Assembly (NCBI RefSeq): GCF_006345805.1
Contig: NC_043001.1
Span: 121,148,001-121,212,000, forward strand
Length of the DNA: 64,000 bases
Direction of reading: 5' to 3'
DNA from: Octopus sinensis
Lineage: Eukaryota
Positions within the stretch are counted from its first letter, which is position 1, and every line of letters starts with the position of its first letter. Both the position numbers and the translations under genes were made by a program. Of the stretch, positions 13,109 to 23,634 are shown in pieces. The notes under the pieces were generated by a model. It searched no databases. It saw only the letters and a program-made list of their open reading frames with translations, and was not told the origin of the DNA.

Positions 13109-13625
13109 TACATACATATACATACATACATATATATATATATATTCCTTTGGAATAATATCAGTGATATCTTCGAAACATGTGTCGGAAATAAAAGTAT
13201 TTGAATTATACCTGCGTTAAACTCCATTTATTTATTGATATATATATATGTATATATGTGTGTACATATATATATATAAATTGCTTATTTCCATGCTGAC
13301 TACCTGATAATAATCATTAACGTGATTTTTATCCTTATTTTATGTATGTATATATATATATATATATTATAATTATTAAGGAATATTACTTCCGAGTATA
13401 CAGAAAAAGACATTCAAATTAGATGTACTAAAATGAACATCTCTCAATGTTTAATTCGTATATATAAAAGTGGTTTAGAGACAGAACCACCTTCAACTCA
13501 ATCAACACTGAAAGATTTTATACCCGACCACTCCATAAAATATGAAATATTAAATCTTATACTAACTATATCTATTCTGAATCCCGTATTTTCTGTTTAT
13601 AAGAGTACATGTGTTTCATGAAAGT

Positions 13626-13998
13626 GAAGCTTGAGAGGCGGTTGGATGGAACCTACACTCGCCTCCTTATGAGAGCTCAAAATCTCTCGTGGAGGCGCCA
13701 TCCAACCAAAATGCAAATATATGGGAAACTACTACCTGTGTCATCTCTTGTGAAAGGTAGGAGAGTCCAGTTTGCTGGACATTGTTGTAGAGCTGAAAAA
13801 GAAGTAATTTCTGCTCTTCTCCTCTGGAAGCTATCTACTCACAATACCAGAGGGTGCACACTCTCCTACCCTGATGTAATCTCCAGGGATACAGGCATCC
13901 AGCAACAGGACCTCTGTAATGCCATGATGGACCGTGAAGTCTGGCATAGCATGGTAAATTCCATTGTCTCGACCACGGTCGAACAATGATGATGATGA
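13626..13998 (+). mobile_element. 5'-truncated RTE-like LINE 3' end
   Basis: LDGTYTRLLMRAQNLSW...RRVQFAGHC...LLLWK is the C-terminus of an RTE-type ORF; ends in an (ATG)n tail. Confidence 0.75.
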
Positions 13999-14523
13999 TT
14001 GATACGAGGTATCTAGTTTCAATACTTAATCGGGTCGACATACTCCCAATCTTCAGGTCTGGATTCCTCAACATTTTTCACCACCCCTACCTCTTATATA
14101 CCTCCATGGTATTCTATATCTTCAATATAATCTTACTTCACATATAAAAATGAATATAAATACAAATAATAACTGAATATTAAAAATTTAAGGAAAAAAT
14201 TTAAGGAATAAAAATTCAAGGAATAAACATTTAAGGAAAAAAATTTAAAGAGAAAAAATACAAATAAAATTACAAATAAAAGTTACAAATAACGAATAAA
14301 GAATTGCGAATAAATTAATACAAAATAAAAATAATAATGATGAAATAATAATGAAATAAAAATAGAGACAAAAATAAAACATCTTGCAAATACGGTAAAA
14401 TCCGCGTTTGATATTACCTGTGTATAGGAGGTACTACAAATAAATATCAGAAAGTTCTACTGGTGTATCTATTCCTTTATATAGTACTGTCAGGGGAACC
14501 AGAAATGAATGCATCACGGGAAC

Positions 14524-14623
14524 AGACCTGAAGATTGGGAGTATATCGACCTGATTAAGTATTGAAACTAGATACCTTGTATCTAACCAATACCGACGTA
14601 CTTTCATGAAACACGTGTAGTCT
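14524..14623 (+). ncRNA. Type I hammerhead ribozyme motif with extended stem II
   Basis: AGAC-CUGAAGA-U-UGGGAGUAU...GUACUUUCA-U-GAAA-CACGUG-UA/GUCU. 9-bp stem II including G-U pairs, palindromic stem III; positions 10.1/11.1 are U-U. Confidence 0.72.
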
Positions 14624-14768
14624 TATAAACGGAAAATACAGGATTCAGGATAGATATAGTTAGTATAAGTTTTAATATTTAATATTTTATGGAGTGGTAG
14701 TATAAAAATCTTTCAGTGTTGATGAGTTGAATGTGGTTCTTCCTCTCTTCTTCTTCTATAAAATACTT

Positions 14769-14827
<59 letters not shown>

Positions 14828-15154
14828 ATATTATATATATATACATATATACATACATACATATATATATATATATGCTATGCAGTGAGACCAAGCCAGA
14901 GACTTAATGATTGTGAAGGTAATTTCTTAACTATCCAACCGTGTTTTACCACACAACTCAATAGCTTTTACAAGAGGTTATCACAACTGATTTACTGACT
15001 CACCTTTCTGTTGTGTAGTGGAATTGAACCTAAAATTACACAGTTGGAAAGTGAAATATGGTAAATGTCTGATGAAGGAAGTGTTCATCTTTATATATAT
15101 ATATATATATATATATGTATAAGGGTGAAAAGGAACACACGAGTTGATATATAT

Positions 15155-15444
15155 GAAAAAACAAGTCAAAATAGAAAATGCTAAAATAATTTTATAAAGA
15201 ACATTTCAGTACCGGTTTCGGTCATTTTGAGACCTTTTCAACTGTAATGATTAAATAATTAAATTTAGAAACTTAAAAGAAAAGTTTTTTTAAAGGAATA
15301 TTTGTATAGTGTTCAAATATAGGTGGCATTCTGCCTTTCTCTGTCTCCCTTGTTTGCACTTGTGTGTTCGAGGCCTCAAACACACAAGTGCTGAAATGTT
15401 CTTTATAAAATTATTTTAGCATTTTCTATTTTGACTTGTTTTTC

Positions 15445-15446
<2 letters not shown>
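15155..15446. mobile_element. Penelope-like inverted-repeat remnant in (TA)n
   Basis: Arms of ~55 bp (about 15155-15210 and 15388-15446) are reverse complements; contains the minimal hammerhead and an 18-bp-arm palindrome near 15355-15390. Confidence 0.55.
15207..15244 (-). ncRNA. Minimal hammerhead ribozyme motif, U3-A8 variant
   Basis: Minus strand: CAG-UUGAAAA-GGUC-UCAAAAU-GACC-GAAA-CCGG-UA/CUG. Confidence 0.6.
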
Positions 15447-15520
<74 letters not shown>

Positions 15521-15529
15521 ATATATATA

Positions 15530-15741
15530 TACCAGGGTAAGCACATAAATGTGAAACACGGTGCAAAAAATAGTAACTGAATACTAGAGGTAGAGTAATA
15601 TGCTTTCTTAATAAAGCTGCAAAGACATCACAAAACTGTTACTCAGAGTTTCACATTCCCATTCGTCAGACAGTTGGACGAATGGGAATGTGAAACTTGA
15701 GTAACAGTTTTTGTGATGTCTTTGCAGCTTTATTAATAAAG
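15530..15741. mobile_element. Penelope-like hairpin remnant (back-to-back hammerhead copies)
   Basis: 15604-15667 and 15677-15741 form a near-perfect ~64-bp stem with a 9-nt loop; (TA)n flanks. Confidence 0.6.
15634..15675 (-). ncRNA. Minimal hammerhead ribozyme motif
   Basis: Minus strand: AACUGU-CUGACGA-AUG-GGAA-UGU-GAAA-CUCUGAG-UA/ACAGUU. 6-bp stem I, GNRA-capped stem II with G-U pairs; a truncated inverted copy lies at 15677-15707 (+). Confidence 0.72.
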
Positions 15742-15789
15742 TGTGTATGTATATATATATAATATATATATAATATATATATATATATC

Positions 15790-16056
15790 AACAATCAAGG
15801 AACGGCCATAATAGGCCATTCACCCACTACAAATAACAGCCAAAGCTTCAACCGCAAATAAAAATCAATTCCGTAAAACCAGGAGAAAATTTAAAAAACA
15901 TTTACCCTGTAATTTCTTATACGATGCACCGTTTCATCTGCTGTTTAATGGTAAACTAACCTGATTAAATTAAATCAAGCCAATCTTCCATAGGCCCTCA
16001 GATTCTTCAGTAAGAAATAGCCAAGTCGGAACAGATATTTTCACGAGGCATTTCCG

Positions 16057-16060
<4 letters not shown>
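15790..16060 (-). mobile_element. Single-arm homologue of the 2018-2590 element
   Basis: Clear but diverged similarity to 2018-2290; carries the 15913-16017 hammerhead; (TA)n flanks. Confidence 0.6.
15913..16017 (-). ncRNA. Type I hammerhead ribozyme motif with extended stem II
   Basis: Minus strand: UUUCUUA-CUGAAGA-AUCUG...CAGAU-GAAA-CGG-UGCA-UCG-UA/UAAGAAA. Perfect 7-bp stem I and 5-bp stem II base, GUA triplet. Confidence 0.85.
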
Positions 16061-16090
<30 letters not shown>

Positions 16091-16114
16091 GGGGGGGGGG
16101 ACCCCCTTCGGTCA

Positions 16115-16420
16115 CAACACTGACCATGGGATTGCACCTAGAAAGTTACCCTCCTAGTCACAAGTCTGGGCAAGGTGGTTTATGGAAGACCAGCAGTCGC
16201 CCATGCATACAAGCCTCCCTTCTCCACGCCACCAGTGTTATCCAAGGGAAAGACAAAGGTCGATACAGCTTGGCACCAGTGACGTCGCAACTCATTTCTA
16301 CAGCTGAGTGAACTGGAGCAACGTGAAATAAAGTGTCTTGCTCAAGAACACAACACACAGCCTGGTCCAGGATTCGAGCTCACAACCTCACGATCGTAAG
16401 CTCGACGCTCTAACCACTGA

Positions 16421-16425
<5 letters not shown>
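16115..16425 (-). mobile_element. tRNA-derived SINE
   Basis: Head rc ATGGCTCAGTGGTTAGAGCG...TCGAATCC at 16370-16425; (TA)n flanks. Confidence 0.85.
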
Positions 16426-16465
<40 letters not shown>

Positions 16466-16467
<2 letters not shown>

Positions 16468-17876
16468 TAGCATTATGACCCGTCGTTGCCGGGTCATAGT
16501 GCTAGTGCATATATATGTGTATATATATGTGTACATATTATATGTACATCTATATATATATATATATATATATCTACACATAGAATACAAAATACAAAGT
16601 TATATCTTGATATCGCTAGTGATAACAATACTCAAAATATATAACAGACTGGAATTGTAGGCAATTTCGATCAATGGTATCTTGTCCTCCCTCCTGTATA
16701 GAAGTGTGGCTACAATCCAGCCTACCTCTACTTCTGGGGGGACATTTTTAATTTTTATCTGGGACGTCCTACGTCCTCGATATAAAGGTGAAAATAAAAT
16801 ATTTCCACTTTGCAAGGTTCGAGTCGAGTACTCCCTTGCACGCTCTGTTGACTTGAACTTTGCTTCTATTGTGGCGAATTTACCGCCTCTGGTTAGATAT
16901 CTTTCATAGTCGCACCAAGATACTTTTCGATGGTGCTTTCCTCCAGGTGTTCAAATCTTTTTTTCTCTACATTGTATACTTTATAGACAGTAGTCTTTTC
17001 TTTAATTTAATTTTTTATTTCGTTTGGTGGTGTTATCCTAGATTCACCGTCTTTGTCGGTGATCAATCCGAAATAGGTTTGTATTTCTTCCATTTTAATT
17101 TTAATGAGTTCGCACCCGCCGACGGCTGCAGCGAAATTCATTTTTGGACTTTCTTCTATCAAAGGCATTCTAACAAAAATGCTTCCGTGTAAATGGTGAA
17201 AATATTGTCAATGTCCCCAAACAGGGACACAATTCTATTTTTAAACAATAACCAAAGGGGGAGGATTACAGTTTACACTTATTTAACAAATGCAACACAA
17301 CAACGTTTCCCTTACGAGGAACCAACAAACGTGATAACAATAGTTAAACAGTAATAATAATAACGACAAACCTTACAGTGAATCAAAAAGCAGTACGCAG
17401 TTGAAGCTTTTGTCCTTTATGTATAATAGTCCATCTGGACTATTCCATTTCTGTACGCTAATTTTATTTTTAATTTATTCCCGTTCATGTGAAACCACTT
17501 ATTCAAGTTCAAGTCATTGATGCAATTTTGTACCAATTGCTATTTTTACTTTTGTTATGTTACGATTAGTTTGATTTTAATTATTACTTACTACATATAA
17601 TTCAATTGTTATTATTATTTTTATTGTTAAAGTGAAAGTATCTGACATAAAATAGAGAAATGTTTTTGTTTCACTTTTAACACGTAATACTGAAATAGTG
17701 GAGAAGATATGATGTTGCTATGGGCTCGCCCTAGGCAAGAAGTTGAACATATTTTTGCCCATGAAACTACATGGACCCTAAGTAAGGCATGTGTAAAATT
17801 TGAATGAAATTGGTTGTGTAGTTCTCAAGTTTTAGGGAAACACACACACAGACAGACAGACAGACACACATTCTCA

Positions 17877-17900
<24 letters not shown>
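16466..17900 (+). mobile_element. HINE-like element containing a LINE ORF1-like fragment
   Basis: 5' hairpin CTAGCATTATGACCC-gtcgttgcc-GGGTCATAGTGCTAG (16467-16505); 3' (GACA)n...TTTTATATATA end; internal minus-strand ORF at ~16640-17150. Confidence 0.5.
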
Positions 17901-17927
<27 letters not shown>

Positions 17928-17933
17928 TATAGG

Positions 17934-18003
<70 letters not shown>

Positions 18004-18005
18004 TA

Positions 18006-18535
18006 CAGTTGAACCTCACAGTATGAGTGCACCATTGTATGAATAATTTGCTGAAAGAGCCAATTGAAGTACAAGCGAGTTACATACAAGTAACTGCTAA
18101 TCAGCGCTGAGCTCGCACATCCTCTCCCAACAAGTCCAGTCTCCGCTTGCTCAGTACACATATTTATCTCATTGTGGTAGCATCCCTGTTGTGCTGTTCC
18201 CAATGATTTTTTTTATAACTTTCTGCATTCTTTTGTTAGTTTTTGCTAGCCATGGTTCCTAAGAAGGTTAGTCTAAGGGACAGTACAGAGAAGAAGAAAA
18301 AGCTGATTACAATAGAACTGAAAAAGGAAGCAACTGAAAACATGAGAGAGGAGTGTTTGTAATGGACATAGAATGTCAATATGACCAAAGCACATTGATG
18401 ATCTTCCCCATCCTAAAGAAAAATGACGAGATCAAGGCCATTGCAACAGCAAAGGGTGTCTTCAGGCTCTCCAAGCAACGCACATCTGTCCATGAAAAGA
18501 TGGAAAAATTGCTAATCCTGTGGCTCAATGAGAAG
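18006..18535 (+). mobile_element. Tigger/pogo DNA transposon, 5' part (TIR and CENP-B-like HTH)
   Basis: TA|CAGTTGAACCTC terminus; MVPKKVS...KKKKLITIELKKE...EKMEKLLILWLNEK from ATG 18252. Confidence 0.8.
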
Positions 18536-21523
18536 TTCAAGGCTCTCGTGGTTACGGGTTGCACGACCACTCTCGTGACTCCGAGAGAGACGAAGAAATG
18601 GAATGGGGCAAGTAGCGTACAGGCGGTCAATGGCAGCGAAATCCGATGCAAGGACAGCAGCAATGCAGAGAGAGCAGAGCAAAGCGCGATGCTAGAGCTG
18701 CAGGTAATCGTGATTGAACATGTGGTAGACGGGGTTGATGTGGTGATGGAGATGGATGCCATCAACTGCCTCGGTGATGTCAGGAGTGCAAGAGATGAGG
18801 TCACGTTCGGAAGCGTGGGGAGTCGTGCACTATGTGTCAAGATCGCCAGAGAGAGCAGAGCTCCGTGAGGGACTGCGCCGCTTACATCATTGAAGATTGG
18901 CTGTGGACGATAGAGTGGTGATGGAAAGACGAGCCTCCGATGCTGAAGAACAGGATGAGCTACTACCAGCGTACCCTGAAAGGTCACGCCAGGGTCGAGT
19001 TCAAAGACGAGATAGAGAGATGGATCAAGGAAGGAGTCCTTATCCTGTGGGAAGAGTAGGTGGTGAGCGGAGTGCTACCTTTGATGGCGGTGGTGCAGCC
19101 AACGAAAGGAAAAGTCAGACCGATGCTGACCATGTATCGTTCCACACGGGAGGCGAGGCGACGGACGTTTGCGGCGAGACGTTACGTGTGTGGAGACAGT
19201 CGACCAAGGCAGCGACGATTGTTGACTTGAAGTCGGCATACTTGCAATTCCACGTGAGAGACAAACTGTGAAGATATCAGCTAGTGCGGTACAAAGGCCG
19301 GACATACTGTATAACCAGGCTGGGTTTCGGACTGAATTCCGCTCCAAAGATCATGACAACAGTGCTCAATTCCATCTTAGGGAAAGAGGACAAGATAAGA
19401 AAGGCCACTAGTTCCTTCATGGACGACATTTTGGTGGACGAGACTGTAGTGCCAGCCACCGAGGTAGTGAGACATCTGGAGAAGTTCGGGTTGATTGCAA
19501 AGCCACCGGAGTCGATGGCGGGGGAGCTGCACTGGAACTGAAGCTACAAAGGGATAGATCGGGTGAGTTGGTGTTCCGGAGAGGAAATGAAATCCCAGAG
19601 TTGAGTTCTAGCGTCAACAGGAGAGAGCTGTTCTCGGTGTGTGTGAAGTTGGTTGGTCACTACCCGATTGTTGGATGGCTACGCACAGCTTGCAGTTACA
19701 CCAAGAGACGAGTGGAGAGGGAGAGATGGGCTGATAAGGTGGGAGGGGGAAATCCTAGAGAGAAGGAAAGCGGAAGACCCGGTCAGGGGAAACTGATAAG
19801 TGCCCAAGACGGAATGCGGGACCGTTTGGTGTGATGCTAGCAGTATAGCAGTAGGGGTTGTGTTGAAGATCGAAGGCGCTGAGGTAGAGCACGCAGCCTG
19901 GATTCGGAAAGCAGACGGCTTTAATCACATCAATGTCGCCGCATTAGGTGCGATGCTGAAGGGGCTGAACTTGGCCCTGAAATGGGGGCTGCGCTCAATC
20001 AAAATCCGGACGGATTCGGCCACCATGCTCGGCTGGGTAGGATTGGTGATCACCGGTGAGAGGAGAGTTCGGACGAAAGGTGTCGCGGAGATGTTGGTGA
20101 AGCGCCGCCTAGGAGTTCTAAGAGAGCTGATTGCCGAGTTTGGACTGAAGCTGAACGTGGTTTTCGTGCTTTCGGAGAGAAACAGGGCAGACGCACTGAC
20201 CAGGGTGAAAAGAGTGTGGCTAGAGGAGCCGGAGGAGGCAAAGAAAGGGATAGCTGTGGCTTGACGGTTGGATGACTTCGAACTGAAGAGACTACATGCT
20301 ATGCATCATTTTGGGGGTGGATAGGACCCTGTATCTCGCGAAGATGATTGATGCTGGCGTCACTAGGAGAAGCATCTGGAAAGTGGTCGGGAGCTGTGAC
20401 AGGTGCCAGTTCATTGACCCTGCTCCATGTGGGCATGAGCAAGGAAACCTTTCGGTAGAGCACAACTGGAAAAGACTAGCTGTGGATGCGACGCACTACC
20501 GTCAGGGAATGTATCTCTCCATGGTCGACTGCGGGCCGGGCCGGATAGCCATTTGGAGGGGGTTGAGGACGGGCATTGCTGACGAAATTGCTCAGATTTT
20601 GAATGGGATATTTTTAGAGAGGGGTCTCGTGGAAGAACTGCTAATGGACAACGGGGCGGCGTTTTGTTCGGAAGCGTTGAGGGATATGCTCGACCGGTGG
20701 AAAGTGCGTTGCTTGTTCAGAGCAGTGTATAGGCCGAACGATAACGGAATCGTAGAGAGACACCATCGGACGATCAAGGCCATGGCGGAAAGAGGGCACA
20801 TTTCGCCGCTGGAAGCAATTTTGTGGTATAACATGTCTCCCCGATCCGGACAAGCTGCAGAATCTGTACCACACAGAGCAGTATTTATATACGAATGGAG
20901 GCATTCCAATAAAGAGTGCCACGAGGAGGAGAAGGAACCCGCCTGCGTGAAAATAGGGGAGGAATTTTGGGTTAAGCCATCGAAGGCGCGCTGTACATCT
21001 CAATGGAGCAGAGGAACGGTAACGGCGGTCAATTTCAGAAACAACATCTCTGTGGATGGAATGCCGCGTCACGTTTTGGACCTTCGCAGGATTGTCGCTT
21101 CGACGAATGACTATTGGGAGAGGAGGAGAATGAGGTGCCTAGCTTGAGGAGATCTCGACGCGTTAGGCGCCCGACCGGTTGGATGGTGGACTTCGACATG
21201 GAGTAGGGTGGGATGTAATCTTTAAGATCAGGGTAACGTGTGGGATGACGTCAGCAGCTGGGGAGCTAACCGGAACTTAGGAGTTGACTGGAAGAGGAAG
21301 GGCGCATAAGTGACGCGCGCACAGGCGGGGGAAGATTGCACCCTTTTCGATCGGGGAAGCCGTGAGTGCAGGAGGTGTCAGTGCTTCGTCAAGGTGAAGG
21401 AAAACAGCTGCCATTTTTAGCGTTTCGGGACGGGCCATGTGGAAGGATACGTTACCACCTGACAGGTTTGCGCCAACGAAGAGAAGGTAGGTGTCTTATT
21501 TCTAATCTCCCGCCTTCTCTACA
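18536..21523 (+). mobile_element. Ty3/Gypsy LTR retrotransposon remnant (PR-RT-RH-IN, PPT, 3' LTR), 5' end deleted
   Basis: ALVVTGCTTT (decayed DTG), VDLKSAYLQ, FGLNSAP, FMDDIL, CDAS...NRADALTR, H/C zinc region, DATHY...MDNG...NGIVERHHRT. PPT 21199-21213; LTR 21214-21523 with TGTA...TACA termini. Confidence 0.9.
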
Positions 21524-22880
21524 GCATCTAAGGCCAGTCATGGTAGGTTCGATAATTACATGAAGAGGACTGGTGTTCATAGCGTTCAGGTATGGAGAAG
21601 CAGCAAGTTTTGACAAGAAGGCAGCTGAGGATTTCGTGCGTGAATTCTGTCAGTTCATCGCAGCCAAGGGGTACATCACACAACAGGTATTCATATGTGA
21701 TGAAACTGGTGATTTTTTTTGGGGGGGGGGGGATGCCCAAGGGAACTGCAGAAGGAAAGAAAATGCCAGTCCACAAGCCTATGAAAGATAGGTTAACTCT
21801 TGTCCTTTGTGCTAATGTGAGTGGAAACTTAAAGATTAAGCCTCTCCTTGTCTACCATTCTGAAAACTCACGAGCACAAAATCCTGAAGGAGAAACTGCA
21901 GGTCATGTGGAGGGTAAACGTTAATGCCTCGGTCACTAAGCAGTTCTTCACTGAGTGGGTCAACATTATCTTTGAACCAGCAGTGAAAAAGTACCTTCTG
22001 GGGAACAGTCTTCCTCTCAAGGCCCTCCTCATCATTGACTATGCTCCTGCTCACCCTCCTAACTTTGAAGATGATATCCTGGACGAATTTAAATTCATAC
22101 AAGTCTACACCTTTCATGCAACACTACCAACAGGTGATTTCTAATTTGAAGAAATTGTACAGCAAGCACCTGCTTCGTCGGTGCTTTGAAGTTACCGAAA
22201 AAACAAATCTAACCCTTTGTAAGTTTTGGAAGTACTACAACATTGTTAACTGCCCGAAAATCATCGATATGCCCTGGTAAGGTGTGACGAGGAGAATGCT
22301 TAATTCTGCATAATGGAAACTGTGGCTTGACTACATATCTGGAAGAGACTTCGAAGGGTTTGAGTTTCAGACACCTGTAGTTAAGGAGATAGTGTCTCTT
22401 GGCAAGTCCATGGGCCTCGAGGTTGATGATCGGGGCATTAACGATTTCGTCGAGGAACACTCAGAGGAGCTGACGACAGATGAACTGCAGTTTCAGGAGC
22501 AGCATCATTGGAATGCGGTGGAAGATGCAGCAGCGTTCGGCTGCAGTGGAAGATTAGGACAGTGTAGCAGAGAAGGCTATCTCTACGAGTGACATAAAGG
22601 CAACTTTGGCAAAGTGGCAGTGTATTTCTTTCATCCTGAAAAAGTATTTATAGGTCATGCAGCTGCTTTATTTAATGACACTGCCTTGGCACATTTTTAC
22701 ATTTTGAAAGGCAGGAAAAAGCAGACTTCTTTTGATATGTTTCTAATGAAATGACCTGCAAGTATGAAAAGTGAAGAAAGAGTGTAAGTCCGGCTGCCAC
22801 ATCTAGAGAAAGCCCAGCGGCTACACCAAGTAAAGAGAAAGATGAGGAGGTAGGCGAATTTGTGCAGCCCCTCCCCCAAC
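21524..22880 (+). mobile_element. Tigger/pogo transposase, 3' part (DDE_1), degenerate
   Basis: KASHG.FDN, GEAAS, CDETG, KPMKDRLTLVLCAN.SG.LKIKPLLVYHSEN, LLIID.APAHP. The 3' TIR was not found. Confidence 0.85.
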
Positions 22881-22915
22881 TTAAACTGTAAGTGTCCCTT
22901 TAAAATTTTTATACC

Positions 22916-23330
22916 ATGTCGATTAAGTTAGGGTGCATGAATGTGCGTGGTCTGGGGTCGAATGGAAACAAACTCAGGTCACGTGATATAAATGTGTGCA
23001 TCGTAACTGAGTACAAGATGAGTGGACCACAAGCGTTCTCGCCCCTCTTGAATGGTTACGAGAAATTTATTTCTCCTAGCCGACAACGAGGAGGGGGCGT
23101 GGTGGTCTTATTCAGGAAGAACTTGATTGTACAGGTAAGTACTGTCTTTCTGGATCCAGGTTGGCTGGTCGTCCTGGATGTGACCCACGAGAGTAAACAG
23201 TTCTTCAGGTTGGTAGCTGTCTACGCTCCTAACGAGCGTGGGCAGTTCTGTTTTTTTTTTGTTTTTGTTTTTGGAGACCTGGAGCACATTTTAGTGACGT
23301 CGAACACGGGTGTTCTGTTAGGAGATGCAC
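22916..23330 (+). mobile_element. L1/Tx1-like APE endonuclease fragment
   Basis: MNVRGL...GGGVVVLFRK...LVVLDV...FRLVAVYAPN...LLGD. Confidence 0.75.
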
Positions 23331-23634
23331 AGGTGGATAGTGTTGGCTCGACTATCTTTTACTTGTTTCAGTCATTTGACTGCAGCACCGCCTTGAATGG
23401 TTTTAGTTGAACAAATCGTCCCTAGTATTGGTCTCTTTTGGGAGTGGGAAAACAAGAAACGACGCAAGAGGGGTAAGTTTTCAGAAAGCTGTTATTAATC
23501 TTACGCTTGAAAAGAAAAGGGAGTTTTGATGTTTTGGACATTAGAGCCCTTCATTTAAAAAACAGAACAGGTTGTAGAAAAACAAGGAAGAGGAAAGAAA
23601 GAGACAAAAAAGAAAAGTTTCATCGGGTAGGAAA

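Larger units (their letters stand above)
13485..14735. mobile_element. Penelope-like inverted-repeat element; left arm interrupted by an RTE fragment
   Basis: 13485-13625 plus 13999-14063 is the reverse complement of about 14524-14735; AT-rich spacer; hammerhead in the right arm. Confidence 0.6.
12551..15057 (+). repeat. Local ~185-bp direct duplication (12551-12735 and 14875-15057)
   Basis: ATGCTATGCAGTGAGACCAAGCCAGAG...CAGTTGGAAAGTGAAAT occurs twice with a few differences. Confidence 0.9.

Noticed and set aside
13145-13190. Hammerhead-like TTCC...GAAA-CATGTG-TC-GGAA
   Set aside because: Stem I, GAAA and GUC are present but the CUGANGA box is unrecognisable; at best a dead relic.
21461-21480. 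Apparent PBS after an internal TGACA, suggesting a circularly permuted Gypsy
   Set aside because: A better LTR end (TACA, matching TGTA) lies at 21523, immediately before the Tigger sequence resumes.
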